From Nitrospirota bacterium (GTDB taxonomy: Bacteria; Nitrospirota; UBA9217): DNA of 64,000 nucleotides. Each line of letters opens with the position of its first letter. Within the stretch, counting starts at the first letter, position 1. Below, in pieces: positions 15,199 to 26,269 of the stretch. Under the pieces are notes generated by a model that was given only the letters and a program-made list of their open reading frames with translations, had not been told where the DNA came from and searched no databases. Made by a program: the position numbers and the translations under genes. The stretch is taken from NCBI GenBank assembly GCA_963790205.1, contig CAWBNQ010000001.1:576001-640000 (forward strand). The letters are read 5' to 3'.

Positions 15199-15519
15199 AT
15201 GTCAAAAAATATCATCAGTAATCTCATGAAACAGGCCCAGCAGATGCAGGAGCGGGTGAAGAAGCTCCAGGAAGAGGCAGCGGGCAAGACCGTGGAGGCG
15301 TCTTCGGGCGGCGGCATGGTGACGGTCATTGCCAATGGCCGCCAGGAAGTGCTTTCCATCAAGATAGACCCTTCGGTAGTCGACCCGAAGGACATCGAAA
15401 TGCTTCAGGACCTGGTCACGGCGGCGGTGAATGAGGCCCTCCGGAAATCGCAGGACCTCATGAAAGAAGAGATGTCCAGGCTTACCGCCGGCATGGGGCT
15501 GCCCCCGGGATTGCTTTAG
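15199..15519 (+). CDS. ybaB: Nucleoid-associated protein YbaB/EbfC
   Basis: MKQAQQMQ...SSGGGMV...DIEMLQDLV; between dnaX and recR. Confidence 0.95.
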   Translation: MSKNIISNLMKQAQQMQERVKKLQEEAAGKTVEASSGGGMVTVIANGRQEVLSIKIDPSVVDPKDIEMLQDLVTAAVNEALRKSQDLMKEEMSRLTAGMGLPPGLL

Positions 15520-15657
15520 AAATTGCGGAGTTCAACCTGTACGTGGCGGCATGCGGCATGTCGGAGCCGCGGGCTCGGTGTGGCCAATGTCCATTAACCA
15601 ATGTTTGCGGCTTAACGCAAAAATAGGGAGCGCGGCGGTCAGGACAGGACAGCGGCG

Positions 15658-16329
15658 GTGAAAGAGCACGACGACGAGTCACAGACTCCTGCGCATGCGA
15701 GACGTCAGGTCAAGGCCGGCGCGCGAGCGGCTGAAATCTCAGGCAAGGCCCTGGGCGGGATGATCGAAGCCTTCATGAAACTGCCCGGCATCGGCAAGAA
15801 GAGCGCCGAGCGGCTCGCCTTTGCCGTGCTCGGCATGCCGCGGGAAGAAGCGGCGGGGATCGCCCAGGCAATCCTGGACCTCAAGAACAACAGCCGCTAC
15901 TGCACCGCCTGCAACAACATTACCGAGGACGAGCTGTGCGGCATCTGCCGCGACCTTACGCGGGACAGTTCCCGTATCTGCGTGGTGGAAGAACCGAGCA
16001 ACATTCTTATCCTCGAAAAGACCGGTGTCTTTCGCGGCCGCTACCACGCCCTGCTCGGCGCCATCGCGCCGCTCGACGGCATCGGTCCCGAAGACCTGAA
16101 GATCGACGGTCTCATGGAACGGCTCAGAGCGGGCGGGATCAAAGAAGTCATCATCGCAACGAACCCCACGGTAAAGGGCGAGACCACGGCCCTCTATCTT
16201 TCGAAACTGATCAAGCCCCTGGGTATCAGCGTCAGCCGCATCGCGTACGGCCTCCCGGTGGGAGGGGACATCGAGTACGCGGACGAGAACACGGTACAGC
16301 GGGCGCTCGAAGGCCGGAGAGAAATGTAG
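15658..16329 (+). CDS. recR: Recombination protein RecR (start uncertain)
   Basis: LPGIGKKSAERLA, C4 zinc finger, TOPRIM region ATNPTVKGE, IAYGLPVGGDIEYAD. Confidence 0.96.
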   Translation: MKEHDDESQTPAHARRQVKAGARAAEISGKALGGMIEAFMKLPGIGKKSAERLAFAVLGMPREEAAGIAQAILDLKNNSRYCTACNNITEDELCGICRDLTRDSSRICVVEEPSNILILEKTGVFRGRYHALLGAIAPLDGIGPEDLKIDGLMERLRAGGIKEVIIATNPTVKGETTALYLSKLIKPLGISVSRIAYGLPVGGDIEYADENTVQRALEGRREM

Positions 16330-16335
16330 GCTAAT

Positions 16336-16363
16336 TGCGGAATGCGGAATGCGGAATGCGGAA
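16336..16363. repeat. Tandem heptamer (TGCGGAA)x4 with a partly complementary arm at 16376-16405
   Basis: Directly visible; related units at about 20884, 21005 and 52485. Confidence 0.8.
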
Positions 16364-16425
16364 TGAAAACCACTCTTCCGTTCTCGACACTCCACACTCC
16401 GAATTGAAGTCAGGAGGATATTGCT

Positions 16426-17001
16426 ATGGCAGAAACAATTGAGATCAGGTGGCACGGCAGGGGCGGTCAGGGCACCGTGACGGCGGCAAAAGTGCTTGCA
16501 GACGCGTGTCTTTCCGGCGGCCGCAACGTGCAGGCGTTCCCGGAATACGGGCCGGAGCGCGCGGGTGCGCCGCTTCGCGCCTACAACCGGATCAGCGAGA
16601 AGATACTCCGGATGCATTGCCCGGTTCTGAACCCCGGCGTCGTGGCGGTGGTGGACGCAACGCTTCTTGACGCGATCAACGTCGCCGAAGGCGCGAAGGA
16701 CGACGCGGTCTTTGTCATCAACACGAGCAAAGACCCGAAGAATGTGCGGGCGAAGTTGAAGGCAAAGCCCACTCAGAAGGTCTTCACCGTTGATGCTTCG
16801 AAGATCGCGATCGAGACCATCGGCAGGGCCATGCCGAACTCGTGCATGCTCGGTGCGGTAAACCGGGCCACGGCGATCGTGACCATGGAAGTGCTGCTTG
16901 ATGACGTGAAGGGCAGCTTTGGCAAGAAGTTCGCCCAGAAGATCATTGACGGGAATCTCGCCGCGGTGAAGCGCGGGTACGAGGAGGTACGTGAAGGATG
17001 A
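16426..17001 (+). CDS. porC: Pyruvate/2-oxoacid:ferredoxin oxidoreductase gamma subunit
   Basis: EIRWHGRGGQG, YGPERAGAP. Confidence 0.9.
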   Translation: MAETIEIRWHGRGGQGTVTAAKVLADACLSGGRNVQAFPEYGPERAGAPLRAYNRISEKILRMHCPVLNPGVVAVVDATLLDAINVAEGAKDDAVFVINTSKDPKNVRAKLKAKPTQKVFTVDASKIAIETIGRAMPNSCMLGAVNRATAIVTMEVLLDDVKGSFGKKFAQKIIDGNLAAVKRGYEEVREG

Positions 17002-17291
17002 AACAGATGAACTGGAAAGAGCTGCCCCATGCCGGAACGATATTGAAGGCCGGAAATGCGAATGAATATAAGACCGGATCGTGGCGTTCGCTCAAGCCGC
17101 GCTGGATCGAGGAAAACTGCATTCAGTGCCTGTTCTGCTGGATTTACTGCCCTGATTCTGCCGTCACGGTGAAGGACGAGAAGATGACGGGCTTCGATTA
17201 CGACCACTGCAAGGGCTGCGGCGTCTGCGCCATGGAGTGCCCGGGCAAAAAGGGCAACAAGGCCATCGTCATGGAAGAGGAGGGCAAATAA
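16998..17291 (+). CDS. porD: Pyruvate/2-oxoacid:ferredoxin oxidoreductase delta subunit (2x[4Fe-4S])
   Basis: TGSWR, CIQCLFCWIYCP, CKGCGVCAMECP. Confidence 0.9.
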   Translation: MKQMNWKELPHAGTILKAGNANEYKTGSWRSLKPRWIEENCIQCLFCWIYCPDSAVTVKDEKMTGFDYDHCKGCGVCAMECPGKKGNKAIVMEEEGK

Positions 17292-17292
17292 C

Positions 17293-18483
17293 ATGGCAGT
17301 TACGACGACAAAGACCGTGGCGGTTACCGGCAACCAGGCTGTTGCCGAAGCTCTTCGCCAGCTGAATCCAGACGTGATGCCGGCATATCCTATCACGCCG
17401 TCAACAGGCATCATGGAGTCCTTCACCAAGTTCGTGTCCGACGGCAAGGTTGACACCGAGACGATCCTCGTGGAGAGCGAGCATAGCGCCATGAGCGCCT
17501 GCATCGGCGCCTCTGCGGCGGGAGGACGCGTGGCAACGGCCACGAGCGCACAGGGGCTGGCACTCATGTGGGAAATGCTCCATATCGCTTCGGGCTACCG
17601 CCTGCCGATCCTGATGGCCCTCGTGAACCGGGCGCTGTCTGCGCCGCTCAACATTCATGGCGACCATTCGGACGGTATGGGCATGCGCGACTGCGGATGG
17701 ATCCAGCTCTTCTGCGAGAACGCCCAGGAAGCGTACGACAATACCATCATGGCGTACCGCATTGCCGAGCACAAGGACGTGCGGCTGCCGATCGCGGTAA
17801 ACATGGACGGGTTCATCATCAGCCATTCCATCGAGAGCATGCAGTTCATAACCGATGAGGACGTAAAGAAGTTCGTGGGCGAGTACCTTGCGATCGACCC
17901 GCTCCTTGATCTCGACCATCCCAAGAGCATCGGCGCCCTGGTGTTGCCGGACTATTATATGGAACACAAGCGCGCCCAGCATGAGGCCATGCTGAATGCG
18001 AAGAAGGTCATTCAGGACGTGTCCGCTGAATTCGCAAGGCTCTTCGGCCGGAAATACGAATTGTTCGAAACCTACCGTCTCGAAGACGCGGAGGTAGTGC
18101 TCGTGGCGCTTAACTCGGCCGCGGGCACGATCAAGGACGAGGTCGACCGCTACCGCGACAAGGGCGTAAAGGCCGGGCTCTTGAAGCCACGGATGTTCAG
18201 ACCCTTCCCGTACGAGGAAGTCGGCGCCGCGCTCAAGAACGCGAAGGCTGTCTGCGTCATGGACCGCGCGGATTCCTACGGCGGCTACGGCCCGCTCTTC
18301 ATGGAGATCGCATCGGCAGTGTATCCCTACCGGCAGGGGCCGCTGATGTTCAACAAGATCTACGGCCTCGGCGGCAGGGACCTGATGCCGCTGGATGTCG
18401 ACCAGGTGATCGAAGAGACCGCCGAGGTCGCGAAGACCGGCAAGGTCAAGATGCTGAAAGAATATATAACGGTTAGAAATTAA
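17293..18483 (+). CDS. porA: Pyruvate/2-oxoacid:ferredoxin oxidoreductase alpha subunit
   Basis: AYPITPST, ESEHSAMS, TATSAQGL, YGLGGRD. Confidence 0.92.
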   Translation: MAVTTTKTVAVTGNQAVAEALRQLNPDVMPAYPITPSTGIMESFTKFVSDGKVDTETILVESEHSAMSACIGASAAGGRVATATSAQGLALMWEMLHIASGYRLPILMALVNRALSAPLNIHGDHSDGMGMRDCGWIQLFCENAQEAYDNTIMAYRIAEHKDVRLPIAVNMDGFIISHSIESMQFITDEDVKKFVGEYLAIDPLLDLDHPKSIGALVLPDYYMEHKRAQHEAMLNAKKVIQDVSAEFARLFGRKYELFETYRLEDAEVVLVALNSAAGTIKDEVDRYRDKGVKAGLLKPRMFRPFPYEEVGAALKNAKAVCVMDRADSYGGYGPLFMEIASAVYPYRQGPLMFNKIYGLGGRDLMPLDVDQVIEETAEVAKTGKVKMLKEYITVRN

Positions 18484-18585
18484 GCACGAAATCCGAAATC
18501 CTAAATTCGAAACAATATCGAATGACCAAATCTCAAAATTAGAATTTTGAAATTATTTAGGATTTCGATATTAGAATTTAGAGTT
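18484..18585. repeat. Heptamer-period imperfect inverted repeat between porA and porB
   Basis: CGAAATCCGAAATCCTAAAT versus ATTTAGGATTTCGATATTAGAATTTAG; same family as 3778-3870. Confidence 0.7.
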
Positions 18586-18605
18586 TCTCTCCGGAGGAGA
18601 AGATT

Positions 18606-19559
18606 ATGAGCCCGACACAGGAAAAACCCTTGACCCTGAAATCGCTCACGCACAAGCCGGTCCTGCTGACCGGCGGACACCGGATGTGTTCCGGCTGCGG
18701 CGCTCCGACCATCGTTCGCCAGGTCCTCATGGCCATCGACGAGCCGGTCGTGATCGCGAACGCCACGGGCTGCCTCGAGGTCTCGACCTGCCTGTTCCCG
18801 TACACGGCCTGGAAGGTGCCGTGGATGCACAGCGCCTTCGAGAACGCGGCGGCAACGGCCTCCGGGATCGAGACCATGTACCGTTCGCTCCGGAAACAGG
18901 GAAAGCTCAAGAAGGAGATGAAGTTCATCGCCTTCGGCGGCGACGGCGGCACCTATGACATCGGGTTCCAGGCGCTCTCCGGCGCCATGGAGCGCGGTCA
19001 CCAGCTGCTCTACATCTGCTATGACAACGGCGCGTACATGAACACCGGCATCCAGCGCTCGAGCGCCACGCCTTTCGGCGCGGACACGACCACTCAGCCG
19101 GTCGGCTCCAAGGTGCCGGGCAAAACGCAGCGGCGCAAGGACCTTACCCGCATCATGGCGGCGCACAACGTGGCCTATGCGGCCCAGGCCTCGCCGCACA
19201 ACTGGAAGGACCTCATGACCAAGGTAAAGAAAGCCCTTGCCACGAACGGCCCGGCGTACATGGGCGTTGTCTCCCCCTGCAACCGCGGGTGGCGTTCCCA
19301 GACGAATGACTCGATCCTGCTTTCCAGGCTGGCGGTCGAGACCTGCTATTGGCCGCTCTATGAGGTGCAGGACGGCAAGTGGACGATCAACTACGATCCC
19401 AAGGACAAGAAGAAGCCGGTGGCCGAGTGGCTGAAACCCCAGGGCAGGTTCAAACATCTCTTTGCTCCGGGCAACGAGGCTTTGCTCGCGCGCTTCCAGG
19501 AGCTTGTGGACAAGGATTGGGAAAGCCTCAAGAAGCTCCAGGAGATGTCCAAAAGCTAA
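18606..19559 (+). CDS. porB: Pyruvate/2-oxoacid:ferredoxin oxidoreductase beta subunit (TPP-binding)
   Basis: GHRMCSGCG, GGDGGTYDIG, DNGAYMNTG. Confidence 0.92.
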   Translation: MSPTQEKPLTLKSLTHKPVLLTGGHRMCSGCGAPTIVRQVLMAIDEPVVIANATGCLEVSTCLFPYTAWKVPWMHSAFENAAATASGIETMYRSLRKQGKLKKEMKFIAFGGDGGTYDIGFQALSGAMERGHQLLYICYDNGAYMNTGIQRSSATPFGADTTTQPVGSKVPGKTQRRKDLTRIMAAHNVAYAAQASPHNWKDLMTKVKKALATNGPAYMGVVSPCNRGWRSQTNDSILLSRLAVETCYWPLYEVQDGKWTINYDPKDKKKPVAEWLKPQGRFKHLFAPGNEALLARFQELVDKDWESLKKLQEMSKS

Positions 19560-19584
19560 CAAGCGCGTCTCCATAAATCAGAAT

Positions 19585-19619
19585 AAAAATAGCCGGGTGA
19601 AGGTTGCCCGGCTATTTTT
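19585..19619 (+). terminator. Rho-independent terminator after the por operon
   Basis: AAAAATAGCCGGG...CCCGGCTATTTTT. Confidence 0.8.
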
Positions 19620-19733
19620 CTGAAGGCCAACCGGTCAAAAAAACGCTTGAAATCTGGGCGTTACTATGGTTTAATAGCTCCTAATCGCAGTAAGGCCTGC
19701 GGGGCTGCACATCGTGAGCGAGGAGAGATACAC

Positions 19734-20228
19734 ATGCTGGGTTCCGACTTGGTAATGTATGATGAAGAGTTCAAGCTGATAGACGCGGAAATCCAGCGTC
19801 TCCTTGCCCAGGCCAACGCAAAGGTCGTGTTCCTCGTGGATAAGAACGGCCAGCTCATCGCGGCCACCGGCGAGACGGAAAACCTCGACACCACGTCGCT
19901 TGCGTCGCTCACCGCGGGCAACATCGCGGCGACGGGCGGGATGGCAAAACTGCTGGGCGAAAAAGAGTTTTCCATCCTCTTCCACGAAGGCCAGCGGGAC
20001 AACATCCATATCTCCATCATCGGCCAGCGTGTAATCCTGGTAGTGATCTTCGACCAGCGCTCATCGCTCGGGCTCGTCCGGCTGCGGGTCAAGAAGAGCG
20101 CCGATGTGCTCGGCGGCATATTCGACCAACTCCTTCAAAAAGTGGAAACGGAAAAGGGTACGGGCAAAGCCGCCGACTCTCCCTTTGCTGAGATAACCGA
20201 CGAGGATATCGATAAGCTCTTCGGTTAG
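19734..20228 (+). CDS. mglB: Roadblock/LC7 GTPase-activating protein MglB
   Basis: FLVDKNGQLIA, SLASLTAGNIAATGG, SSLGLVRLRVKK. Confidence 0.93.
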   Translation: MLGSDLVMYDEEFKLIDAEIQRLLAQANAKVVFLVDKNGQLIAATGETENLDTTSLASLTAGNIAATGGMAKLLGEKEFSILFHEGQRDNIHISIIGQRVILVVIFDQRSSLGLVRLRVKKSADVLGGIFDQLLQKVETEKGTGKAADSPFAEITDEDIDKLFG

Positions 20229-20278
20229 ACCAGCCTCGCTTATTTCCCTGAACACGTAAGAAGAGGAATTACCGACCA

Positions 20279-20875
<597 letters not shown>

Positions 20876-21140
20876 CAGGCGATTGCGGAATGCGGATTTC
20901 ACACTGTACTCGCGCCGGGCACAATACTTAGACCCATTGTCGTACCATCTCGCTGAGAATCGTGAGACGGGAATCAAGGGCCTCATAAGCGCTGGGCGCA
21001 GGTGGAATGCGGAATTAATAAAAGAACGTTGCAGCCGGCTTCCCTCGATGCTTTTCTGTAAATATCCCGTTGACAGTAATCATTATATATGGTATTTATA
21101 CCAGCCTGATTTGATTCTGTCATAACACAAACCAAAACAT

Positions 21141-21216
21141 TCCCGAATAGCTCAGTTGGTAGAGCGGGTGACTGTTAATCACCATGTCGCAGGTTCGAGT
21201 CCTGCTTCGGGAGCCA
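21141..21216 (+). tRNA. tRNA-Asn(GTT), island integration site
   Basis: TCCCGAATAGCTCAGTTGGTAGAGC, GGTGA-CT GTT AA-TCACC, CCA. Confidence 0.97.
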
Positions 21217-21870
21217 AACAGAACGCAGGGCACTTTTCTCACGAAGAGTGCCCTGTTCTTTTTTGTATGTATCGTTGGTAACTGCAAGTAATTGAAACGG
21301 ATTTCTGAACACGGGATTCAGCCGATCATCGCTCCAGGAAGAGTTCGAGTACACAAAACTCAGAATCTTTCGCTTAGTCGTCACACTTTCCTTTTTATAC
21401 ATATTTGCGGCATTTTGAGCGAGTTCTATGAGCTGTACGCCGTCTTCGATATAGACCCGATTCGCGTTTTGATAGTTTTCGATTTCCCGTAAAATGCCTG
21501 CCTGTTCCCGCCGCCATGCTTCATGCTTACTGTCAAAGAAATCCTGAGATATCTTACCGTCGAGCTTGTCGAGATACATAGCATCGATGCGCTCTTGGAT
21601 TACTCGGCTTTTCTGATGGAGGGAAGCTATTTTCTCCTCATGGTATGTTTTTTCGTCCCGGTGGCTTTGTTTCAAGGCTACCACAACGCAGTCCAGGATT
21701 TCTTGATCCACCTGAATACGCTTTAGAGACTCCACGAACTGCCGATCCACTTCCTCTTCCCGGACATAGGTCGGAGGACACTTACCCTTGTTACCTGTAC
21801 AGTGGTAATAAATATATTTCCCCTTTTTCTTTTCAGCGACCATAGCGCAGCCACAATAGCCACAGACAAG
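21175..21870 (-). pseudogene. C-terminal half of a large serine recombinase (zinc ribbon plus coiled coil); catalytic N-terminus deleted
   Basis: LVCGYCGCAM...YIYYHC...CP zinc ribbon; the reading frame runs into the tRNA 3' end (WLPKQDSNLRHGD). Confidence 0.85.
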
Positions 21871-23789
21871 TGAAAAACCGACACCGGCTAAATGCTGTGG
21901 TTGTCCGAAGAACGAAAGCTGATGCATGTGAGTCTGATGGCAGTCCGTTGTTTGCTCGCAGGGTTGTGCATACAGAGGCGTTCACACTTTCAGACAAAGA
22001 ACGGGATTTCTACGATAGTCTGCTTGAATACCTCAGGGACGGATACAACCTCGCTGCGAAGCAAGGGAGCACAGGGCGTGCCCTTGGATTCATCATGACA
22101 ATTTTCCAAAAGATTGCAGCTAGTAGTTTCGCCGCAATACGCACGACTTTGCAGAGGCGAATGTTGGCACTAACAATTCAGGAGGCCATTGAACGGGATG
22201 AACTTCTGGATGTCGATGGACGCAATAAGGTTCTTGACCAGGCACGGCAACTCATCCACGAGATGTATTCACTACCGTTTGAACCGGTTGGAAAGGCCCA
22301 GGCAGATCAAATCTTAGCAGATGCCAAGGTTCAAATGCTGAAGAAACAGGCAGAGGTACAAGAATTTGTTAAATCCTCTGATAGATTCTCGGATGCAGAG
22401 AGTATTGCTGCCATGGGGGAAGAATCCGCCGCAATGCTGGCAGTTGCCGCTCTGCCAGAGGAACGCACAAGAATTCGGGAGCTATTGGGGAAATTCCCAC
22501 TAGGAACCGAGACGAAATCGCAAGTCCTGACAAAAGCCCTGAGGCAGATTTGGGATCAGAATTCAAATGAAAAGGTCGTTGTGTTCGCAACGTATCTTGG
22601 AAGCGTGGACGCGATAAAGAAGAGCCTCGATGATGTGTTTCCTGGAAAGGGTGTTGATGTCCTTAAAGGTGGAGATCACGGCGCTAAAACGGCTGCACAG
22701 AAGCGGTTTCGACGTAAGGACGGACCGAACGTGCTGGTCTGTACAGCTGCCGGTCGAGAAGGTATAAATCTTCAGTTTGCTCGTATCCTGTTTAACTACG
22801 ATTTGCCTTGGAATCCGATGGATCTTGAACAGCGTATCGGGCGCATCCATCGTTATGGCCAGCAATCCACAGCGCAGGTCTATAACCTGGTTGCAAAAGA
22901 TACCATTGAAGGACAGATTTTCCTACTTCTTGAGGAAAAGCTCCACGAAATAGCACAGGCCTTGGGTAAAGTAGACGAAAAAGGCCAAATAGCTGAGGAC
23001 CTGCGAGGTCAGGTGCTGGGACAGCTCGGGAGCCAGCTTAGTTATGATCGGCTTTATCAGGATGCATTAGCAGATCCTACTTTGAAACGAACTCGCCAAG
23101 AGTTAGAGGTTGCTCTTTCTAACGCTGACACAGCACGTCAGGTTGTGTTTGAACTTTTCCAGGACATCGACCGCTTCAATATCGGTGACTACAAGAAGCA
23201 TGATGATCAGGGACGCGGAATGCAGCGCTTAATTTCTTTTATGACAAGAGCTGAGAAACTTGCAAACCACGAATTCCGGAAGAAAGACGATACCCTGTGG
23301 GAGATTGGTTCTGATTCACAGCCTGCCACATTATTTACCTCTGATCGAGATCGAGCATTGCAGGATGAGAAATTGGAGCTGCTCGGTCTTGAGCATCCAA
23401 TTGTGCGCGACCGTCTTCGAGCATTCCTCGGCCTCAATGATGTATCAAGATCTCTTATAGGTAAAATGGATAACATCCCGGGCGGGGGATTGCTAACAGT
23501 TTGGAAGATTGTAACCAACTCCGCTGGCGGCAAAACAAGTCAACATATTGTCAGAATCGCTATCACATCATCTGGTGAGCGCGCTCCCTGGTTGGAAAGG
23601 CTTGGTGATCGTCTCATGGCCATGACTCCAACAGCTATTGAGAATATATCGACACTGAATACATCACTACTCCAGAGTAAGGATAAAATACAGGAGCTGT
23701 TACATCGGGAGTTGGTGTACTCGGGCATTATAGCTGAAGGGACGGATTATTCGGCTACCGTACTGGGAGTGTTTGCAATCGAGAAGTAA
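21870..23789 (+). pseudogene. SNF2/RapA-type (DrmD-like) helicase, N-terminally truncated
   Basis: Helicase_C motifs VCTAAGREGINLQ and NYDLPWNPMDLEQRIGRIHRYGQ; no Walker A or DExH; begins at the recombinase breakpoint. Confidence 0.8.
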
Positions 23790-23841
23790 GGGCAAATTAA
23801 AGACTTCCGATGCCCCTTTGCACTTTTTATGAATTATGTAA

Positions 23842-24405
23842 ATGATGAGGCCAGCGATGCTAGTTGATGAATTAGTTCAAACAGCTTGTCTTAAGCTAAA
23901 GCAGATGGTGTACCACGATAAAACGGATGTGTTTCTACGAAAGCGTGTTGCCGAGTTTGAATGCTCTACAGATTTTGAGGCTAGGCTGTCTTCTATTTCA
24001 CAAATAATTGTGAGTAAGGAACCTTATAATGACAACCATTTTAAGGCATGGTTAGACAAAATATCATTTCGGATAGTTCCGAAAACTATGCCTAAAATGA
24101 CGCCTGGTAATAGTGGAAATTTCATCACCAACTTGACGAGTGCCAAGCAATATAATCTTGAACGTGTAAATTATTTTTTTGATGGCCCTGTAGAGCTCCA
24201 TGTGCTGGCTGTTCTTTGGATTTTAATTCAGGGGCGAATTCTCGATAGACAACTGAGCAGGGATTGTTATGGCACTCGGATTGCGAGTAGTATTGGCGCA
24301 AAGGGGACCAAATCTCTAAATCTCTTTAAAAAATATCATGAGCTGTATGCGGAATGGCGCGATGCGGGAATTCGCACAGCCAAGACAATACTTACAGAGA
24401 ATAAG
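23842..24405 (+). pseudogene. N-terminal fragment of a defence-associated (UG/DRT1-like) reverse transcriptase, cut by an IS
   Basis: KLKQMVYHDKTDVFLR, YFFDGPVELHVLAVLW, YGTRI, LFKKYHELYAEWRD match my recollection of this RT class N-terminus; cut before catalytic motifs at the IS end 24406. Confidence 0.6.
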
Positions 24406-24435
24406 TGTGCACGCTAGCAGTTTATGATAAAAATC

Positions 24436-25479
24436 CTAGAGAAAATTGGGTGACACTTTTCCGTTGATCGTAACGGTAATAAACCCTTTCATCCTCAGCC
24501 AGGCCTCGACGGCGATCCGCCAGGCTGCTTGCGACTGAACACTACCATCACTGCATAGTATATCACCTTGCAAGTTTGTCATCCAGTCATAGGCAGCGCT
24601 CCTTTCCCATTTGGTAAACGTTTTTTTGTTCGTGAAGTACACTTGGCAGGCGTTGCCGCCATGCAGGCACGGACGGGGTTGGTGGTTAAGGTCATGTTCA
24701 ACCGTCGATGCATATGCCTCCATGTGCTCGCGCGGACAACTGGACTTATACAAGAGTTTTGCAGCAAGCCCGTTCTTCAGCTCGGTTTGTGCCTCTTCGA
24801 TCGCGCCGTTGTAGGGCGGATAATGGACTGGACTGTTCAACGGCAGGACGAAGTAGTCGGCGAGCACAGCATTGACCGCTGCATGATTCAGGTTCGCGCC
24901 ATTGTCGCGCTTGAGGAACAGAGGCGCACCGAAGCGATCGAAGGTCGCTGCGAGATAGCCGGATATCTCTTCGCCGCAGGGCACATCTCCCGTCATAGGA
25001 GTGAACTTGTAGCGAGACGCGAGGTCCTGCATATGGTTCAGGTACACCTTGCCACCGTCTGTGTCACGATGTTTGTATTCACAGGGGTCCATTGACCACG
25101 CGACGTTTGGCACGTTCCAGCTGATCCGCCGCAGATTCTGACGATGGAGTGTATTGAGGTCATGCCTCGCCATAGCGACCATGCTCTGCAGGTCTCGCCG
25201 TGACACAGAGGACGCGTGGCTCCCGTATAATGCGCCCGTGCCCTGCGTGCGGCTCTGCCCGTGAGACAGCTTTGCGATATCCCCTGTAATCCCCTCAAGA
25301 TCCGGAGGCTTGACCTTGGGAGGACCCGGTTGCCGCACGAGGGGCGTGGCGTTCTTCTGTCGCAGACGCCAACGGATAAAGCTCGGGTAGGGGAGCCTCA
25401 CGGCACTGCAGATCTCCTGGTAGTGCATACCGGTTTTCTCTCTCATCCGGTCAACAACGGCAAGCATACTGGTTATCAT
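24436..25479 (-). CDS. DDE (rve-type) transposase, OrfB-like
   Basis: WSMD / KRDNG / NGAIE triad; HNxxRP-like LNHQPRPCL. Confidence 0.85.
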   Translation of the reverse strand: MITSMLAVVDRMREKTGMHYQEICSAVRLPYPSFIRWRLRQKNATPLVRQPGPPKVKPPDLEGITGDIAKLSHGQSRTQGTGALYGSHASSVSRRDLQSMVAMARHDLNTLHRQNLRRISWNVPNVAWSMDPCEYKHRDTDGGKVYLNHMQDLASRYKFTPMTGDVPCGEEISGYLAATFDRFGAPLFLKRDNGANLNHAAVNAVLADYFVLPLNSPVHYPPYNGAIEEAQTELKNGLAAKLLYKSSCPREHMEAYASTVEHDLNHQPRPCLHGGNACQVYFTNKKTFTKWERSAAYDWMTNLQGDILCSDGSVQSQAAWRIAVEAWLRMKGFITVTINGKVSPNFL

Positions 25480-25862
25480 TTCTTCCTTCGCTTTCGTTTT
25501 TTTTCCTCCGACTCGTCAGCTCTTTTTTTCACACGGGCATTGTGGAGTTCATACGCGTGCAGCATGTCCCGCACTTCTACCGTTTTCTTAGCGACAAAGA
25601 GCTTGTTCTGGAGCTCAGCGATTTGCTCCTGTAAACGCTGTTTCTCCTCGTCCTGCGGTATACTCGGCCTTCCAGGGGATTTATCCTCCATGGCCTCGGT
25701 CATCGCCTGTAATGCCCGGCGCTCCCACTCGTAGTAGGTCTTCCGCGACACGCCGAGCCTCCGTGCGCCTTCCTCGGCCGTGATCTGGCCGCTGCGCACT
25801 GCAAACACCACCGCAGTCCGCTTTCGGGCAAGCTCCTTGTCTTCTGAGTCGCTCATGCACAC
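25476..25862 (-). CDS. HTH transposase helper, OrfA-like
   Basis: TAEEGARRLGVSRKTYYEW HTH; ATGA overlap with the next ORF; A8 slippery run at 25497-25504. Confidence 0.75.
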   Translation of the reverse strand: MCMSDSEDKELARKRTAVVFAVRSGQITAEEGARRLGVSRKTYYEWERRALQAMTEAMEDKSPGRPSIPQDEEKQRLQEQIAELQNKLFVAKKTVEVRDMLHAYELHNARVKKRADESEEKKRKRRKK

Positions 25863-25873
25863 CGACCTTTCCG

Positions 25874-26269
25874 TTATGGGGTCTCAGCCTTGCGCAGGGG
25901 GGAGCTTTCGGGCTTCAGGTCCTTTAGCTTCTCCGGTTTCCTTGCTTCCTGCGCCTTCGACAGCGTCTTTTCCAGCCTGTTCTGTACCGGGAGCATCAGG
26001 CGCTTTTTCTCCAGCATCGTCTGCAGCCGCGGGCTGAGCGCCGGCCCCTTGTCCAGGATCACCCGGGGTTCCAGAGCCTGGAGCATTCCCTCCATCGCCC
26101 GTTTCTGCCACTGGGAGAGCACCATCCACGGTATCCCCATCTCCCGGCATACTTCCGCCGGCCTCCGCCGCTCCGTCCATATTGAGAGAACCGCCCGGCA
26201 TTTCTCCATCGCCCCGTGGTTTGTCATCTGCCGCTTCTTCTCGCTTTTTATCTTCTCCGTTTTTTCCAT
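25874..26269 (-). CDS. Second HTH helper, overlapping the C-terminal tail of the large transposase
   Basis: PAEVCREMGIPWMVLSQWQKRAMEGMLQALE aligns with the 128-aa ORF (W.RRA..AM..A.E); purine-rich RBS. Confidence 0.6.
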   Translation of the reverse strand: MEKTEKIKSEKKRQMTNHGAMEKCRAVLSIWTERRRPAEVCREMGIPWMVLSQWQKRAMEGMLQALEPRVILDKGPALSPRLQTMLEKKRLMLPVQNRLEKTLSKAQEARKPEKLKDLKPESSPLRKAETP

